A DNA stretch of 64,000 nt, from assembly GCA_002633005.1 (NCBI GenBank), contig NMRA01000162.1, forward strand, positions 186,602 through 250,601. The letters are read 5' to 3'. Both the position numbers and the translations under genes were made by a program. Origin of the DNA: Phoronis australis. Its lineage: Eukaryota > Animalia > Phoronida. Below are positions 25,375 to 38,001 of this stretch, one piece after another (position 1 is the stretch's first letter; each line of letters begins with the position of its first letter). The notes under the pieces are model-generated. The model saw nothing but the letters and a program-made list of their open reading frames with translations. It ran no database searches and was not told the origin of the DNA.

Positions 25375-28300
25375 GTTTGTATTCTATATAAGGTCTTATT
25401 AGTGCGAGCAGGAAGTCATTGCCCAAAATACAGACAGTGTCAGTGACAGTGTCACTGTCAGTGATCACCGTCTGTAGGGGGCCCAGTAGAGAAGATTGGA
25501 GCTCCTATGGGAGCTTCAGGTATCATACGCCGTAAGATTTCGACGAATTATGCCTCACACCGACTAAAATATCAAAGTCACGTTGTTATTGTTATATGCA
25601 GTGTAAAAATGGCCAGTTACCGATTTTGGGAACTGAACGAGGTCGAGGAACTGCTCGAAGAAAACATTTGATAAGGCCATAAGGGCAATTTCAGTTGCTA
25701 CAGACGTACAATCAGAGAACATTTTGAAAAAAAATAAAGACCTATGGTTATCTTTATTGGCTGAAAAATTGTAATTTCAGGGATGTGATGGAGTCATACA
25801 TGACGGATGACAAATTAGCTGTACGTCTGTCGCCCAACTGGGATCCAAAATGTTGGTTAATAGTCAGTGGCGGATCTAGGATACCATAAGGGGGGGCAGC
25901 ATGTTGTCTCAGAGAATTGGGCAAAGCGCGATTGTATGTGCAGCACAGGCAGCCCCAAAGTTGCGGGGGCCGGGAATGTGAACCTTTTGTTCGGAAAATC
26001 TTTTGGTGGACTTAAAAAAAACGGGATACGATTCCATTCCGCTGCGATTTAGAATCTGAGCCCCCCCCTTCTCTGCTAGTGTTCCTAGTTACTGAACTCA
26101 ATATTTCCTCACGCTTCACACTGTTGCTGTTTCACTGACTTTGCTTGCGGGAGCCAAGGGGGGGGGGGGGCATTTGGCTAATAAGGCAATTATTGCTTCT
26201 TAGTTTGTGGCACACAGAGGGGCACTAATGAACAATTTGTGATCAATTTCATTGGTGATGAGGTGGGTTCGTAGCTCCTTTAAATTTTTAGCTCAATTTC
26301 TTTTGTTGGCAATTGTGGAAACAAAATAATGCTGTTTTGTGAACTACGAAGTCACACCATGTTACCAGTAATGTCAGAAGTGTGTGGGCTGTCTTTTTTA
26401 TTGTTGGGGCTTTATTTGACCTTGCGCTCGACCATCAACACACTAGCAAAAGAGGCCGCCCACATGCCACAATTTCTGTCATGCAAATGTGGCTGGTGCT
26501 GTTGGGATTGCCCGGCCCCCTGTGGAGTGTGACGGCAATTACAAGACAGCTGAGATCTTGTGTTATCTTGCATGATCTCACCAAGACACTTAGCTTTAGT
26601 GAATGTATTCCAGGGCTGTTGTCTCATTTTTAGCACTGTGATGAAATACTTGTAGTGTATAGCAAAAGGAAATTTACTATGTGCTGTAAATAGGGTATTC
26701 AGATGTTGTCAATTAGACTCTTTATACATACTGTAATGACAATTTTACATTCCACTTTTCAGCTGAGTATGTGAAGAGGTTTAAGGCACCTTCGAAAGAA
26801 TTGCTCAACACTGAAGTTGCCTTACTGACTGGTAATTATATAGTACACCATGGAATCCAGACGTAGATGAAAATTACTTGACGTTTAACCGCACTCCTTC
26901 TGGTTATGTAAATTTGTTCTTATACATATTTTTCGAATCAGAACTGCAAATCTAATTTGTTGAAATTAATGTGGATTCTTCGAGCAACTTAAAAAGAAAC
27001 ACACGTATTGTCATTATTACCGACTGTTACTGTTATATTTGTGATAGTTATTGTAGAAATTCACTGTTGTTAATCTATTTGCTTCAAATTCTAGTGACAG
27101 TTGTTGGTCAAAGTTACAGTCACTGTGTTGCCATAGATAGAATGTACAAGGGTGTTTAGGAAATGGAAAGATAACACACGAGTCCGTGGTCTCGTCCACC
27201 ATCTTGGATATGTAGTTACATAGAATAGACAATCCAATTCGAGTGCGTTTCCAATGTAAAAGGTGATGAGTGTAAGAGCTGTTTACACCTAAACTTTTGG
27301 AAGGATATTGACTAGATAAAGTGTTAAAAGTTTGCTATTCTGCCCTTCCCAAAATATAGAACATTGTAACATTTTTCTTCCTGAGAACTACCTGACAGTG
27401 TGTTTAATTTCGGAACACAATAAGACTAATGATTTTAGCTATATGTCATAAAGTCTAATCCAGGGTCAGTGTTCATACGGTTACGAAGGAAAACCAAGGC
27501 TTCAAATTATTGCAGTTAAATCTTTAATTCTGTTACATTTGCAAATGTTACTATCGCTGATCACTCCTGCATCGACGGACCAGTGAAGCCAAGATTCAGG
27601 GTAATGAAAACTAACTTCTTGTCTGAATATTTCTGCAAAATTTCAGTGTCGGAACAACCCAGCAATATTCACAGACTGGTGGCATAAATTTATTTTCAAG
27701 CGTTGTTTTCATCACTTACGTTTATTTTAGGAGAAATCAGCATTCTATTGCCCGGTCCCACACAGGACAATGGCTTGTTTAGTCTACCCTGTTCCCCACC
27801 AGGCGAGTGTGTGCACTCTGCGTGTACTCATCTTGGAACCATGGACTAATGTGTTACCAACCATATCACTTATTGCGAGGATTGGAGTCTTTAAGTATGA
27901 GTTTACTGTTTGTTTCCTGTGTTATCCACAGGGGGAGCTGGCTGTTACCAGCAAGCCTCAGTCATATTCAGCACAACTTTACTGTTGTTTTGTGTTTTCT
28001 ATAGGTGGTGCTGACTGCCACCAACGAGCCTCAATTGTATTCAGCAAGTGTCAGCAGGACATCTTGCGTGACATACCCGTGCAGGACGCCCTTGACCTTG
28101 TGCAATACCTCGTGAACATTGTGCCATCGTACAATAAGCAGTATGGCATTAGTTTACTGTGCGACTTAAAGAAGGTATCAATAGAAGTCATCAACAGGGT
28201 AGCTGACATCCTGAATAAAATTCAGGTGAGTTTTTAAAAAAGTTTCTCGCCAAATGTTCTTATAAGGGTGACTCACCGTATCGGAACTCTGCTTTCTGTT

Positions 28301-31300
28301 AGGGCTGTCAACACAGCCACAGTGCATTCATTCCCTTTCTCAAAGAAGCAAAAGATAGGAGCAGTGCTTGTGCTCTGCCAGCAAACACAAGGCTTAAAAA
28401 CGGGGCCTACCGAAGTGACAGTGGGCAGTCAAACCCACTGCCATACAGTGCTCAAGTGTTGGGATTTTCAGAAAGGTAACCTATCTAGACATTAGCTCCC
28501 ATTTGGAATGATTTACAAATTTTGTAGAGCTATGAGTTTTGACAGCAGAATAATTATTTTAATTTACAATATTTTGATTATTTTCCAAAATGGACATTAT
28601 CAGGATAAGTAGCTTAGGGAAAATTTATTATCATATAAAAATAGTTACATAGTTTGTCACCTTGGATACTATTCTGATAAATTGCTTGTAACAAATGCAA
28701 ATGAGACACATGGAAATAAACCTTTCTTTTTTGTTTATTATCTTGTATTTTCAATTGATACAAGACTTGCTTTCTTTTTCTACAGAGTTTACACTGTGCA
28801 TTGTTCTGTGTTAATGATTTCTGGACTGTTTCTGAGAAATAGAAATAGGCCCCCCAAAAATTGGACCAACCCCATTTATATTATACATACTTCAGTTATT
28901 CAAGTACAGTTAGCATCAAGTTTTAGAGACTGAAGTGCATTTACATTTCATTCTTCGTTTCCTGCCTGCACACTGATTTTTTGCACTTGACTTTGAATTC
29001 AACTTTATATAGGACATTTGAACCACCATCAACACACTTGGATTGTTGTGTATAGCATAAACTTATCTGGAAAACATCTGTCTACTCACTCAGTCTGATT
29101 ACTGTAAAAATTCTCCAGTTTGGGACAGTCTCCAGAATTTGGGACACGGAAACTTATGGGAAAATTTTCATGATTTTGGAAATTGGGACAAGGGCGCTTT
29201 TGCCATTCACAGTTTTTGTCAAATTTCGAACAGCGTGTTTTCAATCTACAGAGTTTGTAATTTTGCCTTCTTTCCAGTGATTCTTAAATTTGGGAAGGCC
29301 ACTATTGGCTATTACTAGAATTTGAGAAATGCTCCGATCTTGAGCAAAGTAAAAAAATTAATTTTTTACCATGATCATGGAGAATTTTTACTGTAGTTGT
29401 ATGCGACAGTCATACACAAAATTGTGTACAAAACATTGGCGAATGCAGACGTGGCTTCACAGACTGCATGATAAACAAGACTTCTCCTTTGCCAGAAGTC
29501 TTTATCCAACTGATAATTTCACCCACTGAGCGACTGTACTTTTATTTCTCGCTGTATTTAAGTGCTCATGGACATGGGGAAAATGTGAGAACTATCAATT
29601 TACCATGTCTGAAAATTGCTCTGCATCAACTTGTAAAGATGTGAGCACGTATTAGTATTGACACGTTGACTTATTGGGCAGGCACCTCGGCTTTATTTAT
29701 ACAGGCACACCAAAGTTACATAAACAGTGAGAGTTTTTTTTCAGTTTCCAACGTCAGTTGTATTTTACGCTGTCCAGCCCAAGTCCAAAGACTTGCTCAA
29801 GAAATTGCAGTATGCAATTGGTTTGAAAAGCAAGAAGAAGCACTTTAAGAAATGTCCATATGATGTAAGTATCGTGAGCAGCAAGCAATTCAATATTGCA
29901 CATGTTAGGTAAGGTCATGGAAAAAAGCAATTGGTTCTGTTAGACCAGACTTGGACCAAAGTAGTGTTGGGGATGTATAAATACTGGCAATAACAAAGAA
30001 ATTCCTTTGTAAAATACGACATTTCACTTTTTTGGCTTCATAAAGCATTCTGAGGGTCTGATATACAGTTTTATGTAAATTGATGCAGAATGTTTTAGTT
30101 GTGATATCAAAAAAAAATTCACCTGATGCCAACTGAAAGGAGTCATGATCCAGGTTTCAAAATGAGTTGGGCACAAACTAAAACCAACAGTTGTTCTTCG
30201 ATATGTTAATGTTTGACCTAGCATGATTAGTAAAATGTTTATCAGTATACTAGCTTTTGTGAAACTCATCATGCATTGGCTTTTTCACAGGATTTGAATG
30301 TAATCTGGAAGGTACATGACTCAAAACATGGGTAGCCTGACTTTTACTATCAAAACGGTCTCTTTATTGTTTTTATTTGAATTATAAACCCTGTTTCAAT
30401 TTTGTATTAAAAACTTATTTGTTTCAAAGAAAACCTTGTATTTTCAACTTTCTGATAAGCTACAGGTCCATTGTGCAGTCATGTAAAATTTGGTATGTTG
30501 TCTTGTTGAAATTGAGATTAATTTTTATTAATACCCTCAGATGGATTAAATTACTGTTGTGACCCCTAGTGGCATTTTTACTTTTTTGCCTTTGTCTCTC
30601 AACTCCACGATGAAATTTGGCAGAAAAAGATTTCACATGGTTTTTGTCCATTTTTGAATGAATATGACCTATTCCAGTTTTATTGTTTGTTTTCAGCTTT
30701 TGCCTCACTGTACCAAACCACTTGAAGGATCATCATTCAATTTAGCACAGCATGTGTTTCAGAGAGCACAGCTGGCATTGATTTCTTGACAGATTTGACT
30801 TAACTGTGGCACTCCCTGTATCAGTTTTAGTTTTGTGCTAGGGTTTCTTGATGAATCTTCATGAAATGGTTGACATGTGTTATCAGTTATTGCAGGGCAG
30901 CTGTTTAATGTTTCAATCTGTAGGAGCAATTTAAATGTTTGTACCTGACTTTCTATTTGTAACACCCTGTAAAAAGATGTTTATGACATAGCTTGAATGT
31001 TTGTTTGTTCGTTTGTTGTGAGGATAAGACAGAACTCCTCAATGTTTAGACAAGTCTGTAGTGTGTTGTGCCCCCTTGTGGTAATTTCATGTTGCTCCCT
31101 TTTGTGGCAATGTTTGAAATAACGACCACCCCTTGTATTTTTGCTGTTTGTGTTGCACTCGGTATGGTGCATATTGATTATCTGCATTACTCGTTGAATT
31201 TGGTGTTATATCTGGCAAGAAAATTGACAAAACTAATTCGCTCAATTGTTCCTAGGTTGTGCTCGTGTCCAAGCTTGGTGAACTGACTAAACACTTTGAT

Positions 31301-34300
31301 GAGGGCCAGCTAACAAGTGAATTTGGCGGAACACTGACTTACAGCCATGCCGTGTGGGTGGAGTACAGAATGGTAGGATTTACCTCTAAGATACGCAGGC
31401 GGATTTAGGTGGGGAAGGGATCTACCTTCCATTGGCTGCCAACCAAAATGGCACAAAAGTAAATTTTGGTATCTATTGTGGTTAATCGTGAATGTTTACT
31501 TGCCTTCTTTATTACTCTTTTAGTACTATCTGTATGGGCAAAACTATTATTAAGCACATTGTACGACTGTGTTAAGAATTCTACACATTTTTTCTAGGTC
31601 ATTGAGCGCCTATACAGTAAAATTGAATACTCCCTTATGCGTGTGCCTGCGACCCGGGATAAGTTGGACATGTTGCAAGATTATGAAGTCCCTGCGAAGC
31701 TGGACAATGCGTGCCATCTTTTGGGTACGCTGAGCGACAAGTATCATGAAACTATAAAGTAAGGCTTCAAAGAGATACATTTTGAAGTTGACTCATAAAA
31801 ACTGTTGGTAACGATACTATGAAATAATGTTTAAGCGAGTGTTAATTATGGTAATTATGTTAAGTGTCTGAGCTACAAAAAAGTACGTTTTGTATACTGC
31901 AGTTGCCTATTAGTACTTACAGAAACCTAGTTATGTAGTAAGTTATTTTGTTGAGTGTAGTGAATTGCGTCACCTCATTGTCACCTTGTCATGTAATGAA
32001 TTGCTTTCTCTTGAGTTGTATTACAATCTCATCATCCAAAATTGTGTACTGTCAGAATAAAACTGATGAAGTTAATTTAACCGGAACTGTTTCAGGGAGC
32101 TTAACTTGGAAGGGTTGGTTGACGAAGCCAACGTACTGATCAGTGAAATGCGCTCCCCTGACAAGTCCAAGTACTTTGTCCAGGCAGCCAACTCGGGTTC
32201 ATTGAGAGATGACCTTGCGCAACTGCAGAAGCTTAAGAAACTACTGGTCAGTGCTCGAGATTCACTACGCTCCCTCTGGCAGAAAGCGGAGCACAAACTG
32301 GCCAAGGGGACAGAGTCTAGTCAACACCAGAAGAAGGGTAAGAAGGTAAGTTGTGTGTAACTCTGACACAGCTCACTCCAGACGAGTCTGCCACATTGTC
32401 ACTTCTGGAGCCCTTAGAATAAAGGCCGGCCAGGAGTCTCTGAAAATGGTTATAGTCAGATAGAGCATGCTCGCTTTTGAGAACCAGTTTTGTCCATTGA
32501 ATAACGGGCATCAAACTGTTCATGTTATATCCGACTATTACCCTGAATAGAAACCCACCCAGGTGTGTCTTGGGGGCAAAACGTGAAACATTTTGGTGTT
32601 GGCATGTACGAGGCTTTACATTTGAGATAAAACTATTATCTCTCATTTGTGTTATTTTGGCAGTGAACGGTAAAGGAAAACTAATGTTTTGTGAGCAAAA
32701 TAGTACATGACATTCACTTAAATATGCCCGGATGCCCTTAATTTCACCTTTTGAGTCTAATCACTCCTGTATTCACTCGAGTGTAAGCTCATGAGGTGCC
32801 TCTTTCTCATTATACACCATTAAATTTTAATGGCGAAAATGTCTGGTTTACTTCAATTCCCGTTGTGTTAAGTGGCTTGAGTTAATATCCACCTCCAAAA
32901 AATAAAGGATGTTGATGGTTTGGCGTATGGTACTGAGATACATTTTTGTCCGACCAGTAAGAAACAAGTTGGTGACCGGTCTTTGATTGATCGGGAAAAT
33001 AACTGACTGAACAGCAGACTGCGCAGCCAACTGCAGTGTCGACTTCTGGGCAGGGTCTTGATTTTCTTGTCATCGTGTCACTTCTTACTTGATTTCACCG
33101 CTTGTGCAAGAATTTAAAACATGCACATCAGAATGTGGTGATGTTCTACTACATAACAGTAAGCTTGTCCCGAACGTCCAACCCAAGACAACTTTAGCGG
33201 TGGCGGAGCTAATGACTTCTACTGGATTGTTGCTTGTTTTGTTGGAGTCTGCAATGAGTTGGCGACTGCTTGGGCTACAGTTTGGACCTGTACTGCTTTA
33301 AGTGAGGTATCTAGAGCTCTTTAGTTAGTTGTTTGTGACAAGTAAAGCATATTCCTCTGTTGTTTCAGATTATAAAGTGGATCCAGAGAGTCGGTGTGCC
33401 AACGTTAAGTAGGCCATTTGTCTGTGGACATGACTTGGTGTCGGCCATGAGCTTTAAGAAAGAGTTTGAGAAGAGTTTCTATGCACAAAGCCAGGTACAG
33501 TATTGATTGATGTGATCATTTAGCTTGTCAAAACAGTACACTTAGGAGTAAAATGTTGGTCTCAGCTCGGATACATGATTCAGTCGTTTATTACGACAAT
33601 CGTATGTCTGCACGATACAAAATTATATCATAGGATGACAAGAACCCGCATTCATAACAAAAAACAAGTGGCCCACTTAAATTTCTGGCTAGCTTTAGCC
33701 ATGTGTTGAATCTGCTAGAACTGAAATTCAAAAACAAAAGGTGCATCTGTCTTACAAATGCTTATTGCAGAAATTAAAATTACAGTATCCACTGTCTCAA
33801 GACCACACTGAGCGTGGCGCGTTCATGATACTCTGTGGGCTTAGAATTTGTTTGTTTAACTTTTAATAATACCTGTAATACCTGTAATACCTGTTGTTTA
33901 ACTTTTAAGTAATCTTTTAGTTATGTTGTACTTAACTATAACGTTTCAGGGTGTTATCGACCAGGCTAATAGTATTGTTGCTGAGTTGGACCACATGGTG
34001 CTAGATGGAAGTCCTGGTGACCTCCAACCTTTGCTGTCATTCGCCAGATCTCTGCAGAGCTCAGCCAATAGCTTTGAGGAGCAGCTCAAAGGCCATCATA
34101 AGCTTTATTCAGATATGGTCCAGTTCTTCCAAAGTTTAGCCCTGGTAAGAGCTGGCAATTAGCCAATAATACCCGAGGTAGAAAGAAATACAATTTTTAC
34201 TTGTTATGTGTTTTAGTTTCTAATTTCGTTCTATTCTTATTGAAGTTACTGTTCAAACTAGGGTCTAATCTCCAAGTCAGATTCAGAAAGTCGGATTAGA

Positions 34301-37300
34301 AGCTTAAGCAATAGTGTGGCATGATCTGAGTACAAATTTGTAAATTTATACATGGTATGACATGGTACCAGGTTTCATTGTTGTGGTCAATTTTTCGTGA
34401 TGCCAAAAGTCAATTATGTGCCTCCCAAGATTTTAGTTTTGTGTTAAATATGAGCATTGAGTGTGAGGACTAAAATTCTTACAAGTTGTAAGTGAGCGGT
34501 TTCTTCATAAAAGTCCAAGTTAGCAGACTGATCCACTAATAAGAAAGTGCTATTTTTCCAACAGGTGACACACTGGTACAAGTCCACGATAAGTGTTCTT
34601 CCAGTCCACCTCTTGAAGAGATCGTTGACAAAAGATGGACTTGTCTGTGAGACAACACCGCCATGGTGGCAGGCCATCACATACCACTGTCAGAAGTTAC
34701 CTCCCCCTGGTGGTGCTGAGTTGAATCATATGAAACAAATGATCACCCATGTGCCAGGGAGGGGTGTCAGAAACAAGACCCGACTCATTGTACACAGGTG
34801 AGTAGCGTGTGGAGTTTTGTTACCTAGCACTGAGCATGGCATTTCAAGGGACTGGTGTTAAGCTAAGAGGACTTATCTGGGCTGCAGCTGTCAGTCACTT
34901 GTTGAGCAAGCAATTTGCATCAATGTTGAATGAAAGTTATTGTTGTGGTTATGTCCATTTTAGCATTAGGTCTAGAATGAGCAATATTATTCGTGAAATA
35001 CATCAGATTGTGTTACAGGTAAACCAGGTGAAAATGTTTAAAACTTGTAGTAGAACAGAAACCTTTAATTAATTTGATTGCTGTGATTTTTACTTTTTTA
35101 ATAAACATGTTCATTTAATGTTTCATTTCAGAGTGAAACTCTTGTTGCGTGTTTTCAACAGTCGTTCGAAATTTCTCACTGGTCAAGCACTGCAAATCTT
35201 CCAATGGCACGAGAACGTTCTTGAAGGAAAGGATGAGGTCGACTTGGGCTTTTCCGATTCTATGTCAGACCTATCCAGCTTGAACCTGTCGGCGTCTAAT
35301 CCATCTCTGGGCAATGGTGATACTGGAAGCAGTAGTGCAGTCCAGACAAAGTCATCCACTGAGCGTTCAGTGATGAGATCTCTTAGTCGAACTCCAAAGC
35401 TAAGGAGCAGATATAGTCTCTCTAGTGCTAGTCCGAGTGTTTCTGAAGCAGGCTCAGGCAGAGTGCAAAGGCACGCGTCTGTGTCACATGCTGTTGTGGA
35501 TGAAAATACTCCTGCCATGCAAAGTCTTCCCATAGAAGGTAAAGAAGATACAGGTCCTTCTTTGATGGAAAGTCTTCCCATAGAAGGTAAAGAAGATACA
35601 GGTCCTTCTTTGATGGAAAGTCTTCCCATAGAAGGTAAAGAAGATACAGGTCCTTCTTTGATGGAAGTGCTGGATGACACTTCTCCCATGCAACTGCCAG
35701 TTTGTCCAAGCAGCTCTCCAACTTCCCAGAATGCTCTTGCTTCTGGGAAAAGCTCTGTTAGGGAAGACTTGGGTGACAGAGAGTTGTATGTGGACTTGGG
35801 TGTTGTTGAGGAGGCTAATCGCTCTGAGCAATACAAAAGACTTGCCGCCTTATTAAATGCTCAAAAGGAAGAACATGTGCCAAATCAAATTGTAGGAGAC
35901 AGTTATGGTAATAGTCTTTCTGTGGACAGTCCAGGTAGGAAAGGTCTGAATGAGAGACATCCTCAGTTGAAGAACGATGTGACAAGTTCAGATGCCACAT
36001 TGCAGAGTTCTTCAAACCCTGAGTTGGGTGAACATGGAAAGAAGACTGCAGTCTTGTCTCAACCTTTTTGTGATGAAAAGTCTACAGTATCAGTTTTGGA
36101 AGTTGGCAAAGATGCTCCTCCATCTAAATCTGGAAGGAGTAGAGAAAGAGAATCAGGTGGACTGTCGATAATGGCTAAACAAATTCGACACAAACAAAAC
36201 CATGGTCAGAAACACGTGGAAGAGACTGATCACTTAATGCTGGAAGAGCGTACTCCATTTCAACCTACACCTGACATGCTTGATGAGATTACTGCATGCA
36301 ATTTGTCTCCAGAAGAGCAACTGAACATGATGGCTTCATTGTTTAACGAGAATCCTGGGCTTGGAGAGAGCACCAGTTGTGTTGCCATGCCATCTGAGAG
36401 AAAGTCACGATCTTCTTTCGCAGCCGTTACTCTGAATGGGAAAAATGAGATTCACGCGAATACTGCGAACCAAGGTGAAATGGTAATGAATCGAAGTACT
36501 GCTCCGGAGGTTGGTAGGAAACGTGAAAGACACAGAAAGCATATTGATTCTAACTTGACTTCAGAGCAACTACGAGAGGTGGAGAAGATGAAGAAGGAGC
36601 AAGAGAGAGAGGAGCAGATGCAACTAAGGTATTATAATGATGAGTTGTCACGAAGAAAGGGATTCTCAGGTCGTGAAGGATTGGCTCTTCAAGAGGACAG
36701 CACCTCATCGGGTGAAGGATTGGCTCTTCAAGAGGACAGCACCTCATCGGGTGAAGGATTGGCTCTTCAAGAGGACAGCACCTCATCGGCTGACATGAGT
36801 TTACCACATGATGCTGCAGGCCGTGAGGAAGAAACTTCTTATTTTTCAGAAGACGTTTCCTTGAGAAGTTATCTGGGTGTCGATATGGATGGTGATGGTT
36901 CAGGGTTGGGTCAGGACAGTTTTAGCCAAGAGAATCAATTTGGTTATGACATGGAAGGGGACAGTTACGGCATTGACATCCATAAGTGGATTTCTGACGG
37001 TGACAAAGAGGTGAAGAGTTTAGTCTTAGATGCTGGCCATGATTCAGGTGTTGCCTGTGGAGCTGAAAAAGATATTGAACGTGAAGAGGAGGGACAGTCC
37101 TCTAGAGATATGGAGAAGTCCATTAAGCCCTCTTCTGGTTGTAGTAGTGACGTTGGACAGGTGGCAGAAGTTAGAGAGAATGAGGTAATCAACTTTAATA
37201 AGATTCAATTTTTCTATGAAAGTTTTACCCAAGAGCTTTTTGAAGGGATATGTGACCATACACATATCTGAACTTGGCTGCATGGTGGGCATATGACATA

Positions 37301-38001
37301 TAGCTGTGCCCAAATGTTGGTGGAGGAAGATTTCATCACCAGAACTGGTCGGTGAATGTTATTTGTTTTGAATGGTCATCAGTGCATCAAAGCATAGAAT
37401 GGCAGTACTATCTAAATTTATTTTTTGGAACTTATCTCTCATTGCCCTTTGAATTTTTGTTGATTCTTTTAGATGGATTAAAAAAAGAAATTTTAGTATT
37501 GTGTGGTTGATCAGCCTGAGCATGTTTCATTGTTGAGTTGAGTTGAGTAATGTTAATGGTCTTGACTAGTTCTACGATTATTGCTTGCTTAATTTCTAGG
37601 TCTGTTCAATTGTTAGTCCTAAACTGACGAGGGAAGGATCTTGTAGTGATCTGCGTTCGGAGAAAACGATTGACAGTGGCATTACTGACATGACACTAGA
37701 CAAGCGATTAAAGAACAGGAACAAAGCCAAGAAAGTTGTCAAGCCTGTATCAGATAATGCATTTGCTAATGCGATATCGGAAAGAGGTGAAGTTGACATG
37801 ACTGGAAAGCTGGCCACGTTGGATATAAAGGGTGTGGAGTCACAGAAGAAGCGATGCAAGACGCCGCAAGAACTGAAGAAATACTTTGCCAAGATAGGTT
37901 CGGCAAAATCTGCTAATAATTCTTTTAAGAGTGAGAGCAACAAAAAAGTAAGTGGTCAAAACTCCAGGAATGCCTCTTTTAGTAGTGGCAGACATGGCTA
38001 G
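25359..38001 (+). CDS. Sec14/CRAL-TRIO and spectrin-repeat protein (PLEKHG4/ARHGEF40/SESTD1-like), ~1320 aa, 12 exons
   Basis: Exons 25359-25374 (tentative), 26763-26831, 28005-28225, 29745-29864, 31256-31372, 31598-31758, 32096-32345, 33369-33494, 33950-34144, 34565-34797, 35132-37184, 37600-38001; all GT-AG with matching phases (total 3963 nt). ALLTGGAD and QLTSEFGGTLTYSHAVWVEYR match the Sec14 domain of Trio/MCF2L/PLEKHG4; helical spectrin-like repeats follow (IIKWI, VTHWY). Confidence 0.85.
25430..25672. mobile_element. Rearranged partial copy of the 60.5-kb fold-back element family
   Basis: Shares ggagctcctatgggagct, gaattatgcc.cacac.gactaaaa.atca.agtcacgttgtta and aaaaatggc...ttttgggaactgaacg with 60506-61129. 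Confidence 0.75.
25865..26081 (+). mobile_element. CAGTGGCGGA-type (hAT-like) non-autonomous element
   Basis: Starts cagtggcggatctagg, G-run, ends with a C-run and degenerate TIR; inverted homolog of 23150-23368. Confidence 0.75.
26763..26831 (+). CDS. Sec14-spectrin gene exon (EYVKRFKAPSKELLNTEVALLTG)
   Basis: Acceptor ttttcag, donor gtaatt, phase 1-1; joins to GGAD. Confidence 0.8.
28005..28225 (+). CDS. Sec14-spectrin gene exon (GADCHQR...ILNKIQ)
   Basis: Acceptor ctatag, donor gtgagt; Sec14-like LVQYL..I..GISLLCDLK. Confidence 0.88.
29100..29395. mobile_element. TA-bounded MITE (Tc1/mariner/pogo-like)
   Basis: TIR tactgtaaaaattctcca / tggagaatttttactgta; internal tttgggaca repeats. Confidence 0.7.
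29745..29864 (+). CDS. Sec14-spectrin gene exon (FPTSVVFYAVQP...CPYD)
   Basis: Acceptor tttttcag, donor gtaagt; 40 codons, phase 0-0. Confidence 0.8.
31256..31372 (+). CDS. Sec14-spectrin gene exon (VVLVSKLGELTKHFDEGQLTSEFGGTLTYSHAVWVEYRM)
   Basis: Acceptor cctag, donor gtagga; C-terminal Sec14 motif QLTxxFGGxLxYxHxxW. Confidence 0.92.
31598..31758 (+). CDS. Sec14-spectrin gene exon (VIERLYSK...YHETIK)
   Basis: Acceptor tttctag, donor gtaagg, phase 0-2. Confidence 0.85.
32096..32345 (+). CDS. Sec14-spectrin gene exon (ELNLEGLVDE...QKKGKK)
   Basis: Acceptor tttcag, donor gtaagt, phase 2-0; helical heptad pattern, LWQK. Confidence 0.87.
32454..32536. repeat. Palindromic MITE family A copy (internally deleted)
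   Basis: agtcagata...ttttgagaaccagttt...ggcatcaaactg...tatccgact. Confidence 0.7.
33369..33494 (+). CDS. Sec14-spectrin gene exon (IIKWIQRVG...FYAQSQ)
   Basis: Acceptor tttcag, donor gtacag; spectrin helix-A Trp; 42 codons. Confidence 0.87.
33950..34144 (+). CDS. Sec14-spectrin gene exon (GVIDQANS...FFQSLAL)
   Basis: Acceptor tttcag, donor gtaaga; 65 codons. Confidence 0.87.
34565..34797 (+). CDS. Sec14-spectrin gene exon (VTHWYK...RLIVHR)
   Basis: Acceptor caacag, donor gtgagt, phase 0-2. Confidence 0.87.
35132..37184 (+). CDS. Sec14-spectrin gene, 2053-nt exon encoding a Ser/Glu-rich disordered region
   Basis: Lies inside the 717-aa ORF; acceptor tttcag phase 2, donor GAG|gtaatc phase 0. 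Confidence 0.9.
35521..35664 (+). repeat. Coding 48-bp tandem repeat x3 (SLPIEGKEDTGPSLME)
   Basis: Three identical 48-nt units. Confidence 0.97.
36673..36789 (+). repeat. Coding 39-bp tandem repeat x3 (EGLALQEDSTSSG)
   Basis: Three identical 39-nt units. Confidence 0.97.
37600..38001 (+). CDS. Sec14-spectrin gene, probable last exon (Lys-rich tail)
   Basis: Acceptor tttctag, in frame with ORF 37690-38001. An internal donor-like AAA|gtaagt at 37948 leaves the true 3' end uncertain. Confidence 0.75.
   Translation, partial: VCSIVSPKLTREGSCSDLRSEKTIDSGITDMTLDKRLKNRNKAKKVVKPVSDNAFANAISERGEVDMTGKLATLDIKGVESQKKRCKTPQELKKYFAKIGSAKSANNSFKSESNKKVSGQNSRNASFSSGRHG

Noticed and set aside
32850-33260. 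Intronic minus-strand coding-like stretch, possibly a DIRS tyrosine recombinase relic
   Set aside because: Only vague similarity; no catalytic motifs recognisable.
35183-37943. Several minus-strand ORFs (up to 217 aa)
   Set aside because: Antisense shadows of the real plus-strand exons and their repeats.
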